64,000 nt of DNA, taken from contig NW_005434509.1 of assembly GCF_000315625.1 (NCBI RefSeq), forward strand, positions 45,116-109,115. The letters are read 5' to 3'. The notes under the pieces are model-generated. The model saw only the letters and a list, made by a program, of their open reading frames with translations, had not been told where the DNA came from and did not search any database. A program made the position numbers and the translations under genes. Shown here piece after piece: positions 26,201 to 38,200 of the stretch (positions are counted from its first letter, which is position 1; every line of letters starts with the position of its first letter). This DNA comes from Guillardia theta CCMP2712 (Eukaryota; Protista; Cryptophyta).

Positions 26201-29200
26201 CTTTCACAATCAGTGGACTTCCTGGACTGACATGGACAAGCTCGAATGTCAGCATTGCGGATGGTTCCGGTGGACTCAACCACCAAGACTTGTTCAAGGA
26301 CAGCACGAATACAGTTGGACAAGCTCAATGGCTATCGTCATCTTCATCAAACAGTTTAACGATGTCTGTTGCCACTCCTTTGGACAGTGAGATTGAGTAC
26401 AAGGTCAAATTCTGTCTTTATAACGTACCAACGCCCAGCTCGTATTCATCTGCAACGCTCAGCATCGCTGTTGGCAGCGGCATCTCGATGTCATCTATAG
26501 ATACATCTATCAACCGCGTTTTTGCAGCCAAGGTAACCAGCGCAACGTTTTCGTCAACTTCATCGAAAACCTGCGATCAGAATCAGATTAGTATGACCTT
26601 GTCTCTGAATGTTCCGCTGTATGAGAGATGCCCTCTTACAATCACGCTGGCTGGTCTCGATAGAATTTATCGACCCTACGATCCGATGACAGGCCAAATG
26701 AGCAGTGATGCTGTTCTGTTCAACTCCTCCACTGCAGGAAACTCCATTACCTACTCGATGACTTCTGTCAATTTGACTTTGAGGGCACATTTTCAACCTG
26801 ACGAATACAGTTCGGGCACTAGTCTCACAGAATGGAGTTACCCAATCAAGTTCAACATCAGCAATCCATCGTGTTCACGCGGAGATCCATCTCCATCTTT
26901 AACTTTGATCTATGGTGGTGTGCAAGCAATCACGAGGTTGACCCTTCAGACATCATCTGCGTTTAGGGTCAATAATGTTGGCTTCATGGCTTATGCAACA
27001 TACTCTTCGGTTGATTACTGTCACCAGAATTCAATATCATTCGCAATCATTCCAAATCAAGATCTCTATCCGTTCTGCCAGGACAAGGTCAGGGTATTCA
27101 AGTTGTCTCGTATTCCAGCTCAATCTGGTTACTTGAATCAATCAGTCACGTTGGGTTACAGCACATCTACCATCATGTATTGGGACTCATCTCAGTACAT
27201 GAATATCTCCCTTGATAAGTTCTCAACTTACATCCAACAGGCAGGAACGGTCTTTGTGAATTTCTCTGTGTACAATGTTGAATATGGACAAAATTCGAAT
27301 CCTCGTTTGAGCTTTGACTGTGACGTTGTGAACGACATATCCATCACTTGGGGCGAGTTAGTGATTCAGAGCTACATCAAGATATCGAACCCCTTCCCTT
27401 GCGGCATCAACACCCTCACCTTCAACTTCACCTCCAACATGGACATCCTCGGCACCTGCGGCAACGACTACTCCGCCCAAGTCTACCCGACCATCACCTT
27501 GTCGGGCCTGTCCGACTTCAGCACCCCGTCGCAGAACTTCACCATGTACGCGGTGCCGTCCAGCGGTACGACAGTGACGATCACGGCGACGTGGGACAAG
27601 AGCGCGTCCAAGATGATGCTGACACCGACGGGGACTTTGAACAAGAACGTGGAGTACACGATCGAGTTCAACCTCACCAACAACGAAATGGGAGGGTCCA
27701 CTGGTCGTGATCCAAGGGTACATGTCAGTAAGATGGAAGCATCAGGTTATGTTCACAATGTTCGTCGTGACTTTATCGACATCATCACTCCTGTATTCCG
27801 TTCTGTCGTCGCCAACCAGTCATCCTTCTATCCCTGCGACGACAACACCATCACCGTCGTCTTCACTAGCAACGTCCCCTACCACTGCGACACGCGCTTC
27901 TCTCTCACCGGCGCGCAGGTTGCTTCGGCCAACAGCCCGACGCTCGACGGAGAGAGCGTGGCGGTGCAGACGGACGGGACGAGCTCGTTGCAGTTCAACA
28001 TCAGCGGGCGGCAGGAGATCTACCAGACCGGCTGCTCGGGCTACTGGCAGGATCTTGCATGCACGAGGGTGCTCCGGGTGCCGTACGTGAACCCTGCCAA
28101 CCGTGTAGAGTCTGGCTTCTGGAAGCTGACGGCAAGAACTCCGTTCTCCTGGTCTTACAATCAGAGCGCCGTGGAGTCTGTGACCCTGTATACCAATCAA
28201 CTGTATTGGGACTCATCCTTCACTTTTTCGTCCTCCCAGGCGTATCAGCGCCTCACTTTCCTCGCTCAAGTCAGATTCGTCGCTACGGCGGTCCAGAGCT
28301 CGCCGTTCCCTTGCGACAACAACACCATCGGAGTCAAGGTCACGACCAACGTGCCGCTGCGGAAGGGATGCTACCCAATGATCACCTTGAGCGGCCTCAC
28401 AGGAAGCGTCACGGCCGACACGAGCTTGACCGTGACGCTGACGGGCGCTCGAGGAGGACAGCTATCGGGGGCGATCCAGGGCACTTGGATGAAGACTGAT
28501 GGCAGGCTTTTGTTGAACCTGACACACTCGGTAGCATCAGCGACTTCGGATGTGTACAACGTATCCTTCAGCTTCGGGCTGAAGAACCCAGGAAGCCATG
28601 CAAGTTGCAATCCATTGTCAATGACTGTGAGTTTCGGAAACGATGCGAACAAAGCAGGTAATAGTGTTCAGCTGATCAACGATACAGCCACTGTATTCGA
28701 CACTTCCACTCTGATGGATGGCACATCTGATCTACAAAATCGTATGTCTGGTACTATTTCTCTTCCAGTTGGCGCTGCTTGCCCCTTGTACATCCAAACA
28801 TTCAGCTTTGTTTACTATTCAATTTATCTGAGCTCCACAAACCCCTGTGCCTCTGACACGGTGACATTGAGCTTCGCGACCACCACTCCTGTGTTTGGCC
28901 AATGTTACGATTCAACCTTCTCTACAATCTCAGTGACAGGCTTGAATGCTTTCCAGACCAATACATCCCTTGATGCTCCAGTTCTTACAGGAGTTCTGCA
29001 GGGCAGTGCGAACACTTACTGGTTGCAAGGAGACTCCTACTCCATCGAAACAAAACCTGAATACTTGGGATGGCTGAAGGCGCAGGAGGCTTACAACATC
29101 ACCTTCACGAGGTTGAACAACATCAACGTTGCTACTACAAGCACTCGTCTTGCGGGATCTTCCCTCAGCACAAGTATAACCTTGAAGAGCACAACATCCT

Positions 29201-32200
29201 CAACAATAACCAGAACTTACAGCTTTCCTTACTTGATTGTGACATACGATGTGAAAATCTCGAACCCCTTCCCCTGCGGCATCAACACCCTCACCTTCAA
29301 CTTCACCTCCAACATGGACATCCTCGGCACCTGCGGCAACGACTACTCCGCCCAAGTCTACCCGACCATCACCTTGTCGGGCCTGTCCGACTTCAGCACC
29401 CCGTCGCAGAACTTCACCATGTACGCGGTGCCGTCCAGCGGTACGACAGTGACGATCACGGCGACGTGGGACAAGAGCGCGTCCAAGATGATGCTGACAC
29501 CGACGGGGACTTTGAACAAGAACGTGGAGTACACGATCGAGTTCAACCTCACCAACATTGAAAACGCATCACTGATCGTATTCCAGGGGTACAAATCGCG
29601 GCTATCTCAACACAAACCTTCAGTCGAACTAACAACAATGATCTCAACGTCATCACTCCTGTATTCCGTTCTGTCGTTGCCAACCAGTCATCGTTCTATC
29701 CCTGCGACGACAACACCATCACCGTCGTCTTCACTAGCAACGTCCCCTACCACTGCGACACGCGCTTCTCTCTCGACGGCGTAAAGGTTGCTTCGGCCAA
29801 CAGCCCGACGCTCGACGGAGAGAGCGTGGCGGTGCAGACGGACGGGACGAGCTCGTTGCAGTTCAACATCAGCGGGCGGCAGGAGATCTACCAGACCGGC
29901 TGCTCGGGCTACTGGCAGGATCTTGCATGCACGAGGGTGCTCCGGGTGCCGTACGTGAACCCTGCAAGCCGTACACAGTTAAACACCTGGAAGCTGACGG
30001 CAACAAACCCGTTCGTATGGACTATGGGTGACATCACGACTACTGTATCTGATACATACCTAACCGTCAATCGAGAAATGTGGGGCTCACCCCCCCAGAT
30101 CCCATCCCAGGCGTATCAGAGTCTTTCCTTCCTCGCTCAAGTCAGATTCGTCGCTACGGCGGTCCAGAGCTCGCCGTTCCCTTGCGACAACAACACCATC
30201 GGAGTCAAGGTCACGACCAACGTGCCGCTGCGGAAGGGATGCTACCCAATGATCACCTTGATCGGCCTCACAGGAAGCGACACGAATAGCACGAGCTTGA
30301 CCGTGAACCTCACGGGCGCTCGAGGAGGACAGCTATCGGGGGCGATCCAGGGCACTTGGATGAAGACTGATGGCAAGCTTGAGTTGAACCTGACCGACTC
30401 GGTAGCATCAGCGACGTCGGATGTGTACAGTGTGTCTTTCAGCTTCGGGCTGAAGAACAGAGGGGAGACACGTTTATGCTACAATCCCGCGATGATCGTG
30501 GCATTCATGCAGAACTCTTACAGCGATAGTGTTGTGGTTACCAGAGCGGCTACCGTTTACAATTCGGACCTTGCTGAAACATCGTTCAGTGGCTCGTTGG
30601 TGGGAACCACCTCGTACTACCAGACTCCTCAAACGAATGATGCATGTCCGCTGTATATTCGGCAGTTCCTGGTGGAGTCATTGAATTATGTTACCAGCGA
30701 CTATCCCTGCGACGACAACACTGTTACCTTCCAGTTCAGGTCAAATGTTCCCGTGATGGCCCAGTGCACGGGTTCTCAATACTCCCAGTTGAAGATCGAA
30801 GGTCTCAGCATATTCCAGTCTGGACCGGCAGTTGCGTTCAGCACAACCCCAGATGTTGCGACTGTGTCGTGGACGAACAATAACAGCATCTCCCTTACTC
30901 CTCTTGGGGGCCAATGGTTGATGGCAGCGACTTGGTACAACGTCACCTTCACCCGCAAGAATGTCCACAACTCTGCAAGGATGTATCCAACTATCAGAAG
31001 AGCAGATCAAGGTTCCACACCCGTACTACGTTATGTTCCTGGCAAAGGAAATTATCCCTACTCTGAGATAATGAAGATGGAATTTGTATCGCCCAGTATC
31101 ACGAGCTCAAGTCAATATCCTTGCGACAACAACAATCTCCAGATTCAGCTACAGTTCAACATTCCTCTCCTGAAATGTCAGGACAACGGCGATAGGTGGC
31201 CGAGAATCACTCTGTCTGGTTTGAGTCCTTTCACTAGTGACACTACGGTCTTGAGTGTGTCTGCTAAAACGGCATCCAGCTCCTTCGACCAGTTTAGTGC
31301 CAATTGGACCGAATCCAGCAAGCGCATCGTGTTTGACTTCCAGCAGAACCTGGCTGTTAACACAATTCTTTACGTCAACGTTTCTGTCGTCAATTCAGAC
31401 AACTGGCTGATGACTTGGTCCCCCAGGCTTACCGCAGATACAGTCGACTACTATTCAACCACAGCCATTACTACATCCCCGTACAGCGATGTGCTGATTC
31501 AACCGTATGTTCAAGGTTTCTCGTTCAGTCAGACTTCCCAGATTCCATGTGACTCAACCATTCTTGGGATTACAGTTCAGACCAATGTTCCGCTGCCTGC
31601 TCGTTGCAAGCCAGTGATGGAGTTTCGATTCGGTAAGTTACGTACGTCATTTGTTGTCGAGGGAGCCCAGTCAAGCATTGTGAGTGGTAACGTGATCAAA
31701 GCTGCTGTTTCAGGAAGTTCCTTTTTCACTTACGTGAATCTGTCCTTCACAAATCCGTCATACGCCACGTCAGACAGTCTTGTTGTCAATCCTTATTTCA
31801 ACACGACAGCGACTGGATTATACTGGGTTGGAGCAGATAGCTCTATCCCTACTACTTCGATGTACACTGTGAGGACTCCAACCGTGACTGTAACTCAAGT
31901 ATTCTCGTCGTACTATCCTTGTGAACAGAATATTTTGACTATCGGTCTGAGTACAGACCAAAGGATTGTGAGACAATGCAGTTCTGATTTTACGCAAGTC
32001 AGAATCACAATTAGTGCTCTGAGCTCTTGGTTTGACTTTGTGAACTCAGTTCCAGTCTCGCAAGCAGGTTCTGTGATCGCGTATGCAAACATGACAGGCA
32101 ACCAGATCAACATCACCTTACAAGAAGACATTCCTCTACCGGGCTACACATTCAACCTCACTTTGCGCAATAAAGTCAGGCCGATCTTATCCACCAACAA

Positions 32201-35200
32201 CCTGAATTTGAACTATGAATTGTATCCGATCATCGCTAACCTGGCGACCAAGGACTTTTCACAAAAGAACCCGCTGGATATGTCGAGCACGTGCCTCTAC
32301 CAAGCTACACCGAACCCTGGAGTCTCCAACACATTGACGTTCAGATTCAGGATGCAAACTGCCTTGTTGACGGAGTGCAGTCCCGTGCTGAGGGTGAGTA
32401 TTGGACAAGACCTGTGCGGACTCTCCTCTGCAATGGGTGACCAAAACTTTAACTTGACTTATGCTTCCTCGGACAAGACTCTGTCGTTGACCCCCATCCG
32501 CAACATTGATGGAACTACGGAGTTCAATGTTACCTTTACCAACCCCTTGACACAGCAGAATGCTCCGATGATCGCTTATTCGATGCTTCTTAACGGAGTC
32601 AGCTACTTTGCGAACCAGAGGATATATCTTTGTAGCGAGAAGTACAGCCTGGACAACTACATGGACTACAAAGCTTTGATGGTAGACAGCCCTAAATTCC
32701 TACTGGTTACTGCAAACAGCTCAGCGACAACTTTTGTTCTTCAGTTCAAGTTCAACTTCAACTTGTGCGCTAATGGATACATTATTGTTGAAGGGTTCAA
32801 CTATGCCAGCACGGTGCAAGGATCGTCCACATCGAGCTCCATTCAGAGTGTACAGGCCTCGGGAGGATTGCTCACGATTGCTCTAACACCTGGACAGTGT
32901 ATCCCAGCTCAGGAACTTGTGACCGTTTATCAACCGGTTACAGATGGAAGGTATCCCATCAGCTTCCTGGCCATCCGGGCCAACGGTTACATCCAGAATT
33001 CCTGCGGAGCAAAACGATTCTATGACCTCCCTCTGTTCACTGTTGACACCTCGTCCATCACAGCTACCTGGTATTCTTATTGGCAATCCCTCAAGTCCTC
33101 TGGCAACCTGCCCAGTGGGGTCAGTCTGCCAAGCGCACCTGGAAGCACCAGTGCAACAGTCTGTTCGACTTGCGTCGAGTCTCAGGCCGATTACACTTAC
33201 AACATCACTCTTCAGTTCCGTTGCGATGCTAGCAAGGTCCAACGCTCCCAGCTTGAGACGGGAATCGACAGTCTGCTCTGCAAGAGTTCCACTTGCTCGG
33301 TTGTGGCTTCAAAGATAACAAGCATGTCCTATGATAACACGTATTCCCTGCTTGTTTCTCGTTCATGGTACACGGCTGATCAGGCTGCTGCATTCCTCCG
33401 CAGTATCTCGCAAGACAGCTACTTCCAATCGCAGTTTGGTGAGGGAATCTGCTTCCCCGTGATCACCACGTTCTCCCTGGGATCCGCAAACTATGATTGC
33501 GCCTCGTCTGGAGCTTGCACTGGCTTCACTCAGATCAGCTTTGGAGCCATAAGTTTTGGAGGAGCACAAGCTATCAGCTCCATGTCGTTGTATGAGCAGA
33601 GCGTGATCATGAAGTTTATCGCTGACAGCTTTGGCATGAACATGATGGACATCTCTGTTGAGTTCGCAGCTGGTGGAACCTTGTCAGTCATTTACTCGAA
33701 TGCGGCCGCAGCTGCAGCTGCAGCTGCAGCCAACTCTACAGCGTCGTCGTCATCGTCCTCGTCCTCGGAAGTCTTGCTGGCCACGTCAATCGAACAGTTC
33801 AAGTCACAAGTCATCGGCGGGATCCGTAGTGCGAAGAATATCGCAAACAATGTTTCAGTGTCTTACCAGGTGGCTGTTGCTGATTTGACAACTGCGCCAC
33901 TTCCGGTTCCGAGCACCTCCGGCACCTCGTCTACTACCAGCGGAACGTCGGGTGGAACATCGTCGGGTGGAACATCGTCGGGTGGAACATCAACCAGCAC
34001 TTCGACATCGACTTCTCTTCCTCCCGGCACTCCACCCGGTGCTCCTTCGCCTGTCCCTGGAGGAAGCTGTGCGCCGCAGCCCCAACTGTCGTACGCGACC
34101 ACCGTGGTACCAGCACCGAATGTCACTATAGCCACACCGACGACCACGGAGACTGTTGCTCCTGTTACACCCACGATCAACTTTGTGAACATCACTCAGT
34201 CGTCCTTCTACCCTTGTGAGAACAACACCATCTCGGTGTGCTTCTCCGTGAATGTGTTGATGGATAAGACGACAGCAACTGACCTCGCTGGTGAGACCGT
34301 GTCCACGTATTCCAACATCTCCATCACTGGCTTCGGAGGAGCATACATGCTCTACGACGGTGTGACCGGACCGACTGGCATTACCTTCTTATCTCGCGAC
34401 TCTGATCGCTTGATTCTCAACGTGGAGAACCTTGGGAATACCACCCACCACTGCGTCTCTTTTGTGGTCAAGAACCCCGAGCTTCAGGCCTGCAAGAACC
34501 TCTCTATCAACGCGTACTGGCAGAATTTGCAAGGGAACAACACGGCAACAGCCAAGCTTGTGCCTGGAATCAGCGGAACGGTCTGTGGCAAGAATGCGAA
34601 CAGCAACTTGTGCTCGTTGAACTCTGTCAGCCCCGTGTTGGACCTGTTGACTATTTCTCACTCCACTATCAACCCTTGCATGTACACTGACCTGGTTGTC
34701 AAGTTTAAGCTTAATGCTCCACTCCACGCATGTCAGCCAGGAAATGTCGTTCTGACCCTCAGTGGCCTGCAGAACACTCTCACGACAGCAACCAACAACG
34801 CAGCAACCGACATCTCATTGCTCCTCAATGGTCTCGCCGTGAACGGCAACTTGAGCACGGATGGTCTTTTGCGTCTTGACGTTCCTTCGACCATGTCTAC
34901 ATCAGCTGAAACCTGCACCGTGCAGAACATCACCTTCAGGTTGTTGAATTTGAACACCTCGAGGAACGGCGCCACAGTACAAGGCGACTTCTCCAAGGCC
35001 TTCCCGTCCCTCGCCGTCACGACTGCACAGAAGGAGGGCACAAATGATCCACTGGCTGTCAGCTCTGTCACCCTTCAAGTGTTGATGGCACAGAACAACT
35101 CATGGCCCGGAAGTCTCAACATGATCACTGTGACCTTGAAGTCTAACATGGTCTTGCCTGTGCAGTGCCGCACTACTTTGGTGATTAACAACTTGGACGG

Positions 35201-38200
35201 AGCTTGCTTCGAGAACGTGTGTGTGGGTACCGGAAACCTCACTCTCATTGGTACCAGCGCATTCAATGCTGTTTGGAAGAGTGAGCTTGTGTCGGCCTCT
35301 ACAAGGTCTTCTGTCACCCTTGCAGTTGTTGGCTCTGACCTCGACACCAACATCAACCCACTCACCTTCTCCTTCATCATCAACAACCCAGTCAAGGCCC
35401 AGGGCTCCCCGAAAGTCATCGTCACAGGCCGTGGCGTTGAAGTGGTGCAACGGACGGCTGAGATGAACCTGACCTCAATCCTTCCGAACCCGTGCTCCGA
35501 TGCAGACTTCATCTGCGATCACGTCGCAGGAGACGCTGCTGTTCTCAAGGTAGATGATCCGATGTTCCTCCAGACGGGTGTCGAGCAATCGAACCCCTAC
35601 CCAGGAATGACCAACACGATCTCGGTGGTCCTGCGCTCGAACATCCCGTTGACCGATCGATCCATCATTACCTTGTCGGCCTTGTCTGGCAGCCAGACGC
35701 CATCTGGATCCGCTCTTGTGTTCTCCGGCGACACTTCGAACTTCGGCTCGAAGGTCTGGGACAAAGAGACTGAGAAGCTGACGTTGACGGTCAGCGGTAC
35801 CATCAAGGAAGGTACCAAGTTGTCCTTCAGCTTCCAGCTCAAGAATGGAGTCTGCGGGCAGGACTCGCCATCTGTGTGCGTGAGAGTCAGCAGAATCTCG
35901 GCGCCATGTAACCGATGCGCTTACGGTCAGTGCGGACAGTGTGTGGCGATCGCTCGTCAAATGCTCCAGCGCAACAAGACGAAGATCTTCGACTACGGAA
36001 TGGCCCAGTGCAACTATACCAATTATGACCCGTCAGCAACAGTCCAGTACGGGAGGGCGTACGCAGAAGATTCTTATCCTCTCCGAATCTTCTCTCCTGC
36101 ATTCATCATGCTCAAAGACTCCATCGGCCAGAGCACTTTCTCGCCAGCAATGAACAACACGATCTCGGTGACCCTGGCGTTGAACACCGCCTTGTTGGCC
36201 AACCAGCAGATCACACTCCACGGTCTCAATTATGGCTCAGGCACCATGAACGTCGCCATTGAGAATGTAAGCTCTATCGTGGAGTCGGACTGCTATGGAT
36301 CTGCTGCAGTCTTCAAACCTACAGGTTCGTACCAGAATGGGCAGTTGGTCATCACTGCGCAGTCCCAGACTGTGCCGGGCAAGAAGTATGCCTTCCAGTT
36401 CACTTTGCTCAACCCAACTTGCAATCAGTCCATGTCAACCGTGTGGGTCGACGGAAGTTGCGCGCCCCGCATGGATCTGAATGCAACCGTGGGATCGGAG
36501 CCGAACTACGTGAGGCAACCGATGTTCATGGAGTCGTACATCTGGCAGGAGACTCCTTTGCCGTCCGTTAGCAACGTGATCCACGTGAACTTCTCTTCGA
36601 ATGTCGACATTCCTAGCGGCAAGACATTGACAATCAACGGCTTGTACCGCACCATGACGCCCCAGTCATCCCTTGCGCTGTCTTCCAACTATCAGGTGGA
36701 GAGCTGGAGCAACGGCAGGCTCGTGATCAGGACCACCACAACTCTGGATCGCTCGACGTACCATCACTTCACCTTCACTCTGATGAATCCAGATTGCTGC
36801 CAAGATCCGACCGATGTCATCACGCTGTCTGCAGGCTACGCATGCTTCAGTCCGATTAACCTTGTCAAACGGCAGTCTAAGACCCTCCTCTCGAACATCA
36901 AGGATGGAGCCGATGTCGAGTCGAAGCCTCTCTACGTTCGTTGCGCGCAGTTTGACGTTGCCCAGATCTCATCAGACACTGACATGCCCTGTGTTGACGC
37001 CAACATCACGGTCACGATCAAGATTAACGTCGCTCTTACCTCTGCCAACAACATCTCCTTCACCATCCGCGGACTCGCCAACACCCTCACAACGGTGCCA
37101 CCCCCGGGTGCAGCAACGACTGTGAACAACACCAACATCACGATCCCTCCCAAGCTGACCAACATCACCATGCTCAACATCAGTTCCAACGGAGTCTTCG
37201 AGAGCCCTGCAGCATTCAACACGGTGACCGGTGAGCTGGTGTTGGTTGTGGTGCAGGATGTTGGTTACTCCGAAACTGTATCCGCCTCCTTTGTGCTGAT
37301 CAATCCAAAGAAACCAGGAGCTTCCTCGTTCGAGATCGTTCCCCAGCATGTCTGCAACCTCACCAAATCTAGTCTCACGGCTGCCAACCCCGTGCTAAAT
37401 GTCGCGCAAGGTTACTTCATGAGGGTGTATGCATCGCAGATAACTGAAGTTCCCTGCGCTGCCAACACCATCACTGTCACATTCAAATCCAGTGTACAGC
37501 TCTCTGGCTCGAAGTATCACTGCAACACCAAGATCTACATGTACGGGTTGGACGGGGCTTGTGTCAACGGTACAGATGTCTCGGGAGTGAACGGCACAAT
37601 TCTCCCACAGAAGGAGCTGACTATCGCCGGGGCTGGTGCTAGCAAGATCAGCTCGATGCTCTTCTACCCTGACACCAGGATGTTCACTCTGCAACTCACT
37701 GGAGATGTGATGGCGAAGGAAGAAATCGTGTTCTCGTTCGATGTCAAGAATCCCCCGTACGCACAGACTGCTCCAGACATCTACATGAATTCCACTGACG
37801 TCGACATCTCTACCGTCAAGATCTCAAGGCCCAGCGACTCACAGATCACCAACTATGCCCAGGATCCGCTTGATGTCAAGGTACCAAAGTTCACCAAGAA
37901 GACCATCGGACAGTCAACGGCTTATCCGGGAGCTCAGAACGTCCTGACGGTGACTCTCCAGGCTAACGTGGACCTCGAGCCAGGCAGCGTCATCATCTTG
38001 GCCTCCTTCGGCAAAGCCAACGCCACTGACGGTACCTTGGCTCTCTCCAACGTCGGCGACTTGAACTCCACGTCATATTTCTCCGACCGTGTTGGTGGTA
38101 CCGCTAACCAGGCGCTCTGGAATGAACTTGACAAGAACCTCAAGCTGTTTGTCTTGACGAAGATTCCCAGTGGCACGGACCTGAAGTTCAAGTTCACCCT

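Noticed and set aside
27385-30458. Direct repeats interpreted as LTRs of a mobile element or as a DGR template/variable pair
   Set aside because: Both copies are in-frame parts of the repeat protein. There are no TG..CA ends, target-site duplication or reverse transcriptase, and the differences are block-wise rather than adenine-specific.
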